Of a DNA stretch of 64,000 nucleotides, positions 54,119-63,073 are shown one piece after another. This stretch comes from an uncultured Ignavibacteria bacterium. GTDB lineage: Bacteria; Zixibacteria; MSB-5A5; CAIYYT01. The notes under the pieces are model-generated. The model saw nothing but the letters and a program-made list of their open reading frames with translations, was not told the DNA's origin and ran no database searches. Position 1 is the first letter of the stretch, and the number at the start of each line of letters is the position of its first letter. The position numbers were made by a program, and so were the translations under genes. Where the stretch lies: positions 88,203 through 152,202 of the forward strand of contig CAZTYE010000007.1 of assembly GCA_964617645.1 (NCBI GenBank), written 5' to 3'.

Positions 54119-55280
54119 CGGCGCTGAGCAGCGAGCAGTTTGCGAAGTTCTCGACTCGGGCTGGGTTATGCAGGGAAGTCGAGTTGCTGAACTGGAGCGC
54201 CGCTTTGCTGCATTTGTGGGGACACCGTGGGCAATCGCGACATCCTCATGCACAACGGCGCTGCATCTTGCAATGCGCGCTATCGGCGTCAGCCCGGGCG
54301 ATGAAGTGATCGTTCCCTCGTTGACCTGGGTAGCGACGGCCGCTGCCGTCGAGGAGTGCGGTGCGGAGACCGTCTTTGCCGATAGCCGGTTGGACACCTA
54401 CAACATGGACATCGAACACGCGCGTTCGCTCATCACCAGTCGTACGCGCGCCATTGTTGCCGTTAGCCTTTTCGGGCTTGCGGCAGATCTACCAGTCTTA
54501 ACTAAGTTGTGCGATGAGCATGGAATTATCTTGATCGAGGACGCAGCTTGTTCTTTGGGCGCGACTTGTGGCGGTCGACAAAGCGGCGGCTTTGGTCGCG
54601 TGGCTTGTTTCTCTCTGCATCCACGAAAGTCAATCACTACCGGTGAGGGAGGCGTTATCGTTGGCGCTGACGCGCGCGACGAAAGATATCTTCGACGAGC
54701 GCGCTCTCACGGCATCATTCTTCCCAGCGAAGGCGAATCGCTACCGCCCCATGAGATGGGAGATGTCGAACTCTGCGGCTACAATTATCGCTTGACGGAT
54801 CTACAGGCTTCACTCGGATTGGCGCAATTCGACAAACTAAGCGACATCCTTCGCCGCCGCCGCGAAATCGCCAGCATCTATACACGTGCCTTCTCAGATT
54901 TGGAGGGAATCAACACGCCGTTCGAGCCGGCAAGCTGCCGTCACAGTTATCAATCGTATGTCTTGCTTGTGACGGCGCCAACCGGCGACGATGCTGAATC
55001 CGAGCGCTTGCGTAACGCGATGATGATCCAACTCGAACGACGCGGAGTTTCAACTCGCCCCGGAACGCATGCTGTACATAGTCTGTCCTACTTTCGCGAC
55101 AAGTACAAACTGCATCGCAGGTCGCTCCCGAATGCTTATCGGGCCATGACGCGGACAATCGCGCTGCCGCTCTATCCTTCGATGACGCAAAGTGAAACAT
55201 GTTACGTCATAGAATCGGTGAGAGCGGTGTACGAGGAGATATTTACCTCGGTGAATAGCGGAACGTGTGGCGGCGATTGA
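54087..55280 (+). CDS. DegT/DnrJ/EryC1/StrS family PLP-dependent sugar aminotransferase
   Basis: N-terminus LSKPLFDGAEQRAVCEVLDSGW. PLP-Lys region SFHPRKSITTGEGG. Confidence 0.85.
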   Translation: MRVPLSKPLFDGAEQRAVCEVLDSGWVMQGSRVAELERRFAAFVGTPWAIATSSCTTALHLAMRAIGVSPGDEVIVPSLTWVATAAAVEECGAETVFADSRLDTYNMDIEHARSLITSRTRAIVAVSLFGLAADLPVLTKLCDEHGIILIEDAACSLGATCGGRQSGGFGRVACFSLHPRKSITTGEGGVIVGADARDERYLRRARSHGIILPSEGESLPPHEMGDVELCGYNYRLTDLQASLGLAQFDKLSDILRRRREIASIYTRAFSDLEGINTPFEPASCRHSYQSYVLLVTAPTGDDAESERLRNAMMIQLERRGVSTRPGTHAVHSLSYFRDKYKLHRRSLPNAYRAMTRTIALPLYPSMTQSETCYVIESVRAVYEEIFTSVNSGTCGGD

Positions 55281-55459
55281 AGTTGTTCAAGTTCTGAACA
55301 GCGCCTCGCGAGCATGAACCAACCTTGTCGCGAAGCACCACGGCAGAGCCGATCGCACCGGGACAGTGGGAATGAGCAATCAGAGACGTTAGAGTTCAAG
55401 TTATCGCGGTTCGCCGCCGAATTACTCTTATGTGACTGACAATTTCGCGCTTGCGCCCC

Positions 55460-55486
55460 TTTAGGGGCGTTCACTTGTGCCGATAA
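55460..55486 (+). promoter_or_regulatory. putative sigma-28 promoter for fliC (weak -35 TTTAGGGG, N11, perfect -10 GCCGATAA)
   Basis: GCCGATAA at 55479-55486. Predicted ~200-nt 5'UTR containing several GGA motifs, including AGGAGGA at the RBS. Confidence 0.4.
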
Positions 55487-55699
55487 TCTGAGCGTAAGAA
55501 AAAGTGAATCGATAGGGTTCATACGGTAACAGAAAAGAGGTCTACGCATCCAAACGGACCCCACTAACCGGGGACCACAAGCGGTTAGAAGGTCGAGTTG
55601 CTCCGGCCTTGGCAAACATCGGACGTCGCTGAATGCAGCGAGCAGTAGTAGAAATGTCGGAAACGGAATCCGACAGGGAAATTCAAGGAGGATGGTTAA

Positions 55700-57892
55700 A
55701 TGTCACTGCGCATTAACCACAACATAGCTGCACTGGATGCTCAGCGTAACTTGGCCATGACCACGCGCTCGATCAGCGGCGTCATGGAGAAGCTGTCGTC
55801 CGGCTACCGCATTAACCGCGCCGCCGATGATCCGGCCGGCCTGGTTATTTCCGAACAGTTCCGGGCTCAGATCGCCGGTCTCAATCGCGCGATCCAGAAT
55901 TCGGAAGGTTCGATCAACATGATCCAGACCGCGGAAGGTTCACTCAACGAAATCAACTCGCTGTTGGTCTCGATGCGCGAACTGGCCATCCACGCGGCCA
56001 ACGAAGGCTTCAACGACGCCAATCAGTTGGCTGCCGACCAGGCCGAAATCGAAAACGCGATCAAGACGATCGATCGTATTGCCGCGAACACGCAGTTCGG
56101 CACGAAGAAGCTGCTGGACGGCACCAAGGACAATATCGCGACAATCACGACCGCCAATTCGTCCGGTCTCACCGTGCTCAAGAGCTTCCTGTCTTCGGGA
56201 AGCCACTCGATCACCGCGACCAAGACCGCCGATTCGACTGCGACGATCAACACCACGTCGCTGGGCATTTCGCTCAATTCGACCGGCTCGCCGAGCAATC
56301 TCGAAGAGAAGATTCACAATCTCAACGTATTGCAGGCTTCAGCCGGCGCCGAGAAGACCTCGAGCGCAATGGCGATTAGCGACGCCTTCGGCAACGGCAT
56401 GACCATTGCCGCCACCGCTCAGTACGCCACCGTGTTCAGCGCCGCTTCGGTGCTGTCCGCCGCAACGGCGTCTCATGCCGGCACGTACACCGTCGTCCTG
56501 AACTATCAGGAAAACAACGAAGCCGTCTCCGGCGATCAGACCTTGCAGGTCGCGATTGCCGCGACGGACACTCGTGCCGCCATCATCAACAAGTGGAATC
56601 AGGCGATTGCCAACAATTCGTCGTTGGCCGGCAAGATCACTGTTGCCACGACGACTTCTGGCACCGGCCAGGGCATTCAATTCCGCGCCGTCAACAAGGG
56701 CGCTCAGTATTCGTTGAAGCTGACGTCGGCGACGACAACGGCGTCTTCGAATTACATGAGCATGGGCGCCAGCCGCTCCAGCCGTGGCGTGAGTTTGAAC
56801 GTGTTGAACTTTACGGTTACCACCGCGAAGAACAACAACACGACCGCAGCCGTGACCGTAGCGGCGTCGACCTATAGCTCGATGTCCACATTGGCGACCG
56901 CCATCCAGACCGGCTTAGCTTCCGCGTTTGGCACGGTTTCCACAGGCGCCGGCCAGACTTCGACGACCAACGACGTCGATGTTTCGGTTTCCGGCACCAG
57001 CCAGTTGAAGTTCTTCACCTATGATGAAGGCTCCGACTACAAGATCAAGCACAATTCCACGGGCACCGAATCCGAGCGTCTGTTCAACGCCCTCGGCCTG
57101 AGCGCCGACACGTTGTCGATCTCGGGTGCTGACGCGCTCGTGTCGTTTGACGGCTACACTTCGGCCGTGACGTCGGTCAAGTACGGCTCGACTTCAAATG
57201 TCACGCTGTACAACAAGGCCGCCGGCAGCGCCGGCCGTGGTTCGATTGCGTTGACGGTCGGAAAGGCGTCCAACGGTCTCAACGTTGGCAACCTGCTGCT
57301 TGACGTAAAGGCCGCCAAGTTTGACGTTCGTCTCGATGCCGGACCGGCTACCTCCGTGACGGCGGGAAAGGATGCGACCGTTTATAATTCGGATCGCACC
57401 CAGTCCTTGAACATTCGTTACGCACTGACCTCCAACGGTGGTTCGGAATCGATTACGAACACGGATCAGTCGCTGGTGTTCCAGATCGGCGGCAACGTCG
57501 GTCAGACCGCGGCGATCGGCCTGCGCAACATGACAACTTCCGCGTTGGGCAAGAACCTCGCTGGAAACTCATTTAGCAGTCTGGCCTCGATCAACGTCGA
57601 AACCGTCCTTGGCGCTCAGGACGCCCAGGCCGTGATTGACGCTGCGATCGACGAAGTCTCCAACGCTCGCGGTACGCTGGGTTCGTTCCAGAAGAACACT
57701 CTGGAATCCAATCTGCGCAACTTGCGAGTCGCTGCACAGAACCTCACGGCTTCCGAGTCCGGCATTCGTGACACCGATATGGCGTCCGCGATGTCCGATT
57801 TCGTGAAGAACCAGATCCTGCTTCAGGCTGGTACCGCCATGCTTGCGCAAGGCAACCAGTTGCCGCAGGTCGTGCTGTCTCTGTTCAGCTAA
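55700..57892 (+). CDS. fliC: flagellin (730 aa; conserved D0/D1 termini with very large Ser/Thr/Ala-rich central variable region)
   Basis: N-terminus MSLRINHNIAALDAQRNLAMTTRSISGVMEKLSSGYRINRAADDPAG. C-terminus …DFVKNQILLQAGTAMLAQGNQLPQVVLSLFS. Confidence 0.9.
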   Translation: MSLRINHNIAALDAQRNLAMTTRSISGVMEKLSSGYRINRAADDPAGLVISEQFRAQIAGLNRAIQNSEGSINMIQTAEGSLNEINSLLVSMRELAIHAANEGFNDANQLAADQAEIENAIKTIDRIAANTQFGTKKLLDGTKDNIATITTANSSGLTVLKSFLSSGSHSITATKTADSTATINTTSLGISLNSTGSPSNLEEKIHNLNVLQASAGAEKTSSAMAISDAFGNGMTIAATAQYATVFSAASVLSAATASHAGTYTVVLNYQENNEAVSGDQTLQVAIAATDTRAAIINKWNQAIANNSSLAGKITVATTTSGTGQGIQFRAVNKGAQYSLKLTSATTTASSNYMSMGASRSSRGVSLNVLNFTVTTAKNNNTTAAVTVAASTYSSMSTLATAIQTGLASAFGTVSTGAGQTSTTNDVDVSVSGTSQLKFFTYDEGSDYKIKHNSTGTESERLFNALGLSADTLSISGADALVSFDGYTSAVTSVKYGSTSNVTLYNKAAGSAGRGSIALTVGKASNGLNVGNLLLDVKAAKFDVRLDAGPATSVTAGKDATVYNSDRTQSLNIRYALTSNGGSESITNTDQSLVFQIGGNVGQTAAIGLRNMTTSALGKNLAGNSFSSLASINVETVLGAQDAQAVIDAAIDEVSNARGTLGSFQKNTLESNLRNLRVAAQNLTASESGIRDTDMASAMSDFVKNQILLQAGTAMLAQGNQLPQVVLSLFS

Positions 57893-57907
57893 TTCGCTGA
57901 TTATTTT

Positions 57908-57941
57908 CCCGGGTGGAAGGCCTAACCGCCTTCCACGCGGG
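57908..57941 (+). terminator. strong GC hairpin (putative terminator/attenuator) between fliC and flaG
   Basis: CCCGGGTGGAAGGC-ctaacc-GCCTTCCACGCGGG. No clean U-tract follows. Confidence 0.4.
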
Positions 57942-57958
57942 TATTCGCTGAGGTGAGA

Positions 57959-58351
57959 ATGAACACGATTTCGACGACGAGCGACGCGCGTATCAAAGAC
58001 GCGGTCGCGGAGTTAGTGCGCACCGCGTCTAATGCGGCGCGCTCTAATGGAGCCTCTCAGGCCTCGAAATCTCCTCAGACGGAAGTGGTGTTGGCGCTCA
58101 ATCCATCGGACGCGCTCGACCAAAAACGCAGCGATCAGTTAGAGAAGTTGATCGCTGAAATCAACCGAGAATATCAAGCGCGCAACATAGCTCTACAATT
58201 TCGCGTCGACAAATCTGCCGGCGCATTGGTAATCTCCGTCCTCGATGCCGCCAATGACAAGCTGATTCGACAAATTCCGCCCGACGCGATATTAGCTATT
58301 AAGCGCCACATGCGCTCACTATTGGGAGACATTTTCGACGCCGAGGCTTAG
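57959..58351 (+). CDS. flaG: flagellar protein FlaG
   Basis: ~130 aa. C-terminal LQFRVDKSAGALVISVLDAANDKLIRQIPPDAILAIKRHM matches the FlaG family. Position between fliC and fliD. Confidence 0.7.
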   Translation: MNTISTTSDARIKDAVAELVRTASNAARSNGASQASKSPQTEVVLALNPSDALDQKRSDQLEKLIAEINREYQARNIALQFRVDKSAGALVISVLDAANDKLIRQIPPDAILAIKRHMRSLLGDIFDAEA

Positions 58352-58411
58352 GATGTATGCGGTTGGGCCGCGATCGCAGCCCAACCGACTTCGGTGGTAA
58401 GGAGCAAGACT

Positions 58412-60763
58412 ATGGCTGGAATTCAAGGATCAATCCAGGGACTCAATTCCAACCTTGACACGCAGGCGATCATCGATGCGCTGTTGACCTTCGACAAAAA
58501 GAACATCACACTGCTGGAGTACGATCAAGTAGTCCGCACGAACCAGATCGCCACTTATCAGTCGATCAATACCCGCCTCTTGGCGTTTCAAACGCAGGCT
58601 GCCGCTATAGCGCGTGCGTCGACCTTCACTGCCACCAAACTCACCGTATCCGACGAAGACGTGCTGTCGGCAGTTGCGGCCGAAGATGCCGCGCTGGGCA
58701 ACTATTCGCTCAGTGTCAAGGCGCTGGCGCAGAATCATCAGATTGCCTCGCAAGGATACTCCGAGCAGGAAGCGGCCGCGTTGGGTACCGGCACGATTGC
58801 TATCACCGTCGGTGATGGCTCGACGAAAACCATCTCCATCGACTCCGCCAATGGATCGCTCGAAGGAATTCGCCGGGCGATCAACAGCGCCAAGATCGGA
58901 GTTACGGCGTCTGTCATCAACGACGGCTCAAGTTCCAATTCTTATCGTCTGATGTTGTCCTCCGACAAGACCGGAGAGAAGAACAAGATCACTGTTGCAG
59001 CGAACCTCAACGGTTCGAAATCCCTGAATTTTACCTCGGCAGCGTTTGACCAAGTCGAGAAGCTGTCGTTCTCCGGCGCGGCGACGTCGACGCCGACCCT
59101 CGGTCCGACCGCCGCGTACACGGGCAACAAAAACAAGACATACACACTCACCGTCGGCGGAACCGGTTCGCAAACCGTCGGTAGCGGCGACATCACGATC
59201 AACTGGACCGACGGTACCAATTCCGGAGCGATCCTCGTTAGCTCGGCCGACACCGAAGTCGAACTCACCGGCTCCGGCTCCGACGGGCTGCGGCTCAAAT
59301 TCGCCGCCGGACTGCTCGTCGCCGGCGATACGTTTCGCGTCCAGACCTTCGCGCCGTTGCTGCAGAAACCGCAGGATGCCGAAATCGCAATCGGATCCGA
59401 ACAGGGCGGTGGATCGCCGATTAATGTCACCAGCACGACCAATGTCTTCAAGGACATCATCGCCGGCGTAACGATTAATGCTAAGCAACTTTCAGGCTCA
59501 CAGCCCGTCATGATCTCGCTCGAGCGCGATCTGGAGAAAATCGAAGGCTCGATCGACGAGTTCATTACGAAGTTCAACGACGTCGTCGAGAGCATTGACG
59601 AGCAATTCAAGTTCGACCCCAAAAATACGGAAAAGACCGGCATTCTCTTCGGTGACAGCACACTGCTCATGATGCAGAATAGCCTGCGCTCAAGAGTCTC
59701 CTCGCGAATTCCGGGTCTTGCGTCGAGTTACAATATGCTTGCGGCTATCGGCATTCGGCTCGGCACATCAGGCAAGCTCGCGGTAGTAGATCGCAGCAAG
59801 CTGCAGACCGCGATTCGTGACAATGTGCAGGACGTTCAAAAGCTCTTCGCGGCATCGGGGGATTCGTCGAACGCCAAGATTGAATTTTTGTCGATGACCG
59901 CAAAGACCAAGGTGTCCGATGACGGCTACGCGGTCAACATTACGCAGGCAGCTAACAAAGGATATTTACGCACCGCCGCCATATCCGATCCGACTCTTAC
60001 GCCGATCACGATCGACTCGTCAAACCGTAACGTGCAATTTCGCGTGGACGGCGTCATTTCCGACAACATCACACTCACGGAAAAAACCTATTCGAGTTGG
60101 ACAGAATTGGTAGACGAACTGCAGCAGAAAGTCAATGCCGATGCCAAAATCGGCAAACTCGGCGCCGTTGTGTCGCACACCGACAACGGGGACAACGGTT
60201 ACTTGACGCTTTCTTCGGGATCGTACGGGAAGACATCAAAATTTGAAATCGTTTCCAGCACCGGAAACTCGGCCTATGCCGTGCTCGGACTCGCCACCGG
60301 CCAGGTGTTTGAGGGCAGTGACGTTGAGGGCACCATCAATGGCGAGGCCGCTACCGGCGCCGGCCAAATCCTGACCGGCAAGGAAGGCAATAAGAACACC
60401 GAAGGTCTGAAGATCAAGGTCACGCTGTCGGCCGCGGATCTGAACTCGCAAAACGAAGCCACGATTTCGGTTTTCCGCGGGATTGGCGCCCTGATGCAGG
60501 ATCACGTCGACTCGCTCGCCAAGAGTGTCGACGGCACGTTAGCGCGCCGCACGAAGGCGCTAGAGTCTCAGATCGACGACATCAAGTCGCGGGTCGAAGA
60601 TCTCAACCAGCGGATGGAGTTGAAGCGCCAGCGGCTGCTCGAGCGATTCCTCGCCATGGAGGAGACGCTGGGTCAGCTAAACTCGCAATCGTCGTATCTC
60701 TCCGCCCAGTTGAATCAGATCGCGGCAAACTTCAGTCAAATCAGCGCCAACGCGAAAGGCTAA
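58412..60763 (+). CDS. fliD: flagellar filament capping protein FliD
   Basis: N-terminal cap helix GIQGSIQGLNSNLDTQAIIDALL, C-terminal …LSAQLNQIAANFSQIS. RBS GGTAAGGAG precedes ATG 58412. Confidence 0.8.
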   Translation: MAGIQGSIQGLNSNLDTQAIIDALLTFDKKNITLLEYDQVVRTNQIATYQSINTRLLAFQTQAAAIARASTFTATKLTVSDEDVLSAVAAEDAALGNYSLSVKALAQNHQIASQGYSEQEAAALGTGTIAITVGDGSTKTISIDSANGSLEGIRRAINSAKIGVTASVINDGSSSNSYRLMLSSDKTGEKNKITVAANLNGSKSLNFTSAAFDQVEKLSFSGAATSTPTLGPTAAYTGNKNKTYTLTVGGTGSQTVGSGDITINWTDGTNSGAILVSSADTEVELTGSGSDGLRLKFAAGLLVAGDTFRVQTFAPLLQKPQDAEIAIGSEQGGGSPINVTSTTNVFKDIIAGVTINAKQLSGSQPVMISLERDLEKIEGSIDEFITKFNDVVESIDEQFKFDPKNTEKTGILFGDSTLLMMQNSLRSRVSSRIPGLASSYNMLAAIGIRLGTSGKLAVVDRSKLQTAIRDNVQDVQKLFAASGDSSNAKIEFLSMTAKTKVSDDGYAVNITQAANKGYLRTAAISDPTLTPITIDSSNRNVQFRVDGVISDNITLTEKTYSSWTELVDELQQKVNADAKIGKLGAVVSHTDNGDNGYLTLSSGSYGKTSKFEIVSSTGNSAYAVLGLATGQVFEGSDVEGTINGEAATGAGQILTGKEGNKNTEGLKIKVTLSAADLNSQNEATISVFRGIGALMQDHVDSLAKSVDGTLARRTKALESQIDDIKSRVEDLNQRMELKRQRLLERFLAMEETLGQLNSQSSYLSAQLNQIAANFSQISANAKG

Positions 60764-60769
60764 GATCAC

Positions 60770-61204
60770 ATGAATCGACAGCTCACGCACTATCAGAAGG
60801 CACAAGTCGACGGTTCAAGTCAGCGTGATTTGATAGTGATGTGCTACAAGGGCGGCATCAAGTATCTTCTCGATGGTCGGGAGAAGCTGAATAACGCCGA
60901 CGTTGCCGGTTTCTCCGAATGTATCGAGCGCACGCACCGCATTGTCTTTCATCTGTACACGACGCTCGACATGAATCAGGGCGGCGAGATTGCCCAGCGC
61001 CTCGCTGACTTGTACGTCTACATGATAAACCAGCTCTACCTTTTGAATGCGACAAAGAACGATGAATTGTTTGACGGATTGATTCGCGTCCTGACCACCC
61101 TCAAGGAAGGCTGGGAGCGGATCGATAACCATGGTATAGACGGGGCACCACTGGGGAGTCGCGCGTCGGAAACCAACGCGCAAGTTGTATCTGTAAAGAT
61201 CTGA
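60770..61204 (+). CDS. fliS: flagellin-specific export chaperone FliS
   Basis: YQKAQVDGSSQRDLIVMCYKGGIKYL…LADLYVYMINQL signature. Confidence 0.85.
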   Translation: MNRQLTHYQKAQVDGSSQRDLIVMCYKGGIKYLLDGREKLNNADVAGFSECIERTHRIVFHLYTTLDMNQGGEIAQRLADLYVYMINQLYLLNATKNDELFDGLIRVLTTLKEGWERIDNHGIDGAPLGSRASETNAQVVSVKI

Positions 61205-61211
61205 GGCGGAA

Positions 61212-61664
61212 ATGGAATACAGCGACGTAACGAAACTTGAGGCGCGTCTGGTGGCCGGCTTGAAGGAAGAATACTCCTTCTACCAATCACTCTTTATCAT
61301 TATTGACAAGCAGCGCGATTATATCAAGTACGACAAAGAGCAGAAAATCGTCGATCTCTACGGCGAGGTCGAACGCATCGTCCAGCGGATCAATGAGTCG
61401 GAAGCGGCTGTGGCCCAATTGAAAAACGAGAACAAGACACTATTCGGATTGGCCGCCTCGGCGCCGGAAGTGCGGCGATTGGTCAACTCGATTACAACGC
61501 TTATTGCGAAAACGCTGAAGCTTGTGCAGGAGAACGAAGAAATCGCCCAGGCCAAATACGACCAGATCAAGGACCATCTGGTGCAGTTGCAGAACGGTCG
61601 CAAGGTGAGCGATTATTTCACAATACCGCAAGCTTCGCCGCAATATGTCGATAAAAAACATTAG
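61212..61664 (+). CDS. hypothetical helical protein in the FliT/FlgN position
   Basis: 150 aa, coiled-coil-like. Lies between fliS and flgM. No diagnostic motif. Confidence 0.35.
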   Translation: MEYSDVTKLEARLVAGLKEEYSFYQSLFIIIDKQRDYIKYDKEQKIVDLYGEVERIVQRINESEAAVAQLKNENKTLFGLAASAPEVRRLVNSITTLIAKTLKLVQENEEIAQAKYDQIKDHLVQLQNGRKVSDYFTIPQASPQYVDKKH

Positions 61665-61679
61665 GGGGCGACAGAACCA

Positions 61680-61997
61680 ATGACCGTAAATCGTGTAGGA
61701 CCGGGTGGCTTGCCGCCGCTCGGAGACGATATGGGCAAGAGAAAATCTCAGGCTGTCAAGACGCGGCAGGATGCCGGCCAAAATCCGCCGGTAACAGCGG
61801 CTGCCGACAGCGCCGGCGCGCCGACAAAGCCCAAGCCGGCGACGGATGAGTACGTCTCGACGCGATCAAACAATGAAGCGCCGTTGCGCTCGGACAAACT
61901 CGCCCATGCGCGCCGCATGATCGAGAACGGTTCGTACAATGATCCCAAAGTAATCGCCGAGATTATTGATCGGCTGATGCATGCCTTGAAAAGCTAA
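61680..61997 (+). CDS. flgM: anti-sigma-28 factor FlgM
   Basis: ~105 aa, disordered N-terminal half. C-terminal KLAHARRMIENGSYNDPKVIAEIIDRLM matches the FlgM C-terminal helices. Confidence 0.65.
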   Translation: MTVNRVGPGGLPPLGDDMGKRKSQAVKTRQDAGQNPPVTAAADSAGAPTKPKPATDEYVSTRSNNEAPLRSDKLAHARRMIENGSYNDPKVIAEIIDRLMHALKS

Positions 61998-62003
61998 AGG
62001 GCT

Positions 62004-62900
62004 ATGGTTACCGAGCTAACGATTACTCCCGAAGAAAAATTGCGACGCCGCCTCAGCAGCATTACCAATCTGCCGACGCCGCCGGTCGTGTTTACGCAGA
62101 TAACGCGCATCATCAATAATCCTCGCACGTCGGTGAACGACGTTGCCGCCATCATGTCGGAAGACGCGGCGATGAGCGCCAAGGTGCTGCGCCTTTCAAA
62201 CTCGGCCTTTTACGGAGCGCGCAGCGAGATTACCAGCATTCGTCAAGCGGTATTAGTGCTTGGTCTCGAAGCCATCAAATCGCTCGTGTTGTCCTCGTCG
62301 GTGTTCGATATGTTCAAGTCGCAAAAACTCGATCCCGACTATCAGGATAACTACTGGCGGCATTCACTGGCCGTTGCCCTCGCCGGGCGGCTGGTCGGTC
62401 GACTCGTTAGAGCGTCGCGTGACATCGATCCGGAAGTCGCTTTTTCGGCGGGGCTGCTGCACGACATCGGAAAGTTGATCACTTATTGCTTCTTGCGTGA
62501 GGAACACAAGGCCATTTCCGAGCATCTCGCCCAGAATCGCGTTTCCGACTATCAAGCCGAAATGGCCGTTGTCGGCCACGCCCATACGCTTGTCGGACGC
62601 ATGTTGGCGGCGAATTGGCGTCTGCCGCTGACGATTCAACGTCCGATCGAATTCCATCATTTTCCGTTTCACGATGCTGAAGAAACCCGCGATTATTCGC
62701 TGGTCTGCCATGTTGCCAACTACGTAGCATATCGAACCTTCAAACAGCGCCTACCGGAACTTGAAGGCTGGGAGCTGATTCAGCCCGAAGCGACTGCCGA
62801 ATTACGACTAAGCGAAGAGATGCTTCAGGCGCTCTGCGAAAAGCTCCTTGAGGAGTACGCCCGCAGTTCGACCTTCCTTCAGCTTGCCGTAAATTCTTGA
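62004..62900 (+). CDS. HDOD domain signalling protein
   Basis: HDOD N-terminal region (…NDVAAIMSEDAAMSAKVLRLSNSAFYG…) and HD motif LLHDIGKL. Confidence 0.8.
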   Translation: MVTELTITPEEKLRRRLSSITNLPTPPVVFTQITRIINNPRTSVNDVAAIMSEDAAMSAKVLRLSNSAFYGARSEITSIRQAVLVLGLEAIKSLVLSSSVFDMFKSQKLDPDYQDNYWRHSLAVALAGRLVGRLVRASRDIDPEVAFSAGLLHDIGKLITYCFLREEHKAISEHLAQNRVSDYQAEMAVVGHAHTLVGRMLAANWRLPLTIQRPIEFHHFPFHDAEETRDYSLVCHVANYVAYRTFKQRLPELEGWELIQPEATAELRLSEEMLQALCEKLLEEYARSSTFLQLAVNS

Positions 62901-63073
62901 GAGCCGCGCATACAGCTTTTGTCGTCGGCGCTTCTCGACATCTAATCTAATCGCGCCTATCTGAAGAGATTATCGAAAGCAATCTGGTCGCTGGCGGATC
63001 ATTCGACTCGCCTAACATTTTTACTTTACTGATTGACGGGACATCCGTATCTATCGACAAGGGTATCTTGAAT

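Noticed and set aside
58361-58388. Possible sigma-54 promoter upstream of fliD
   Set aside because: The GG and GC dinucleotides in ttGGGccgcgatcGCa are spaced 8-9 nt apart, not 10. The element is better described as a palindrome.
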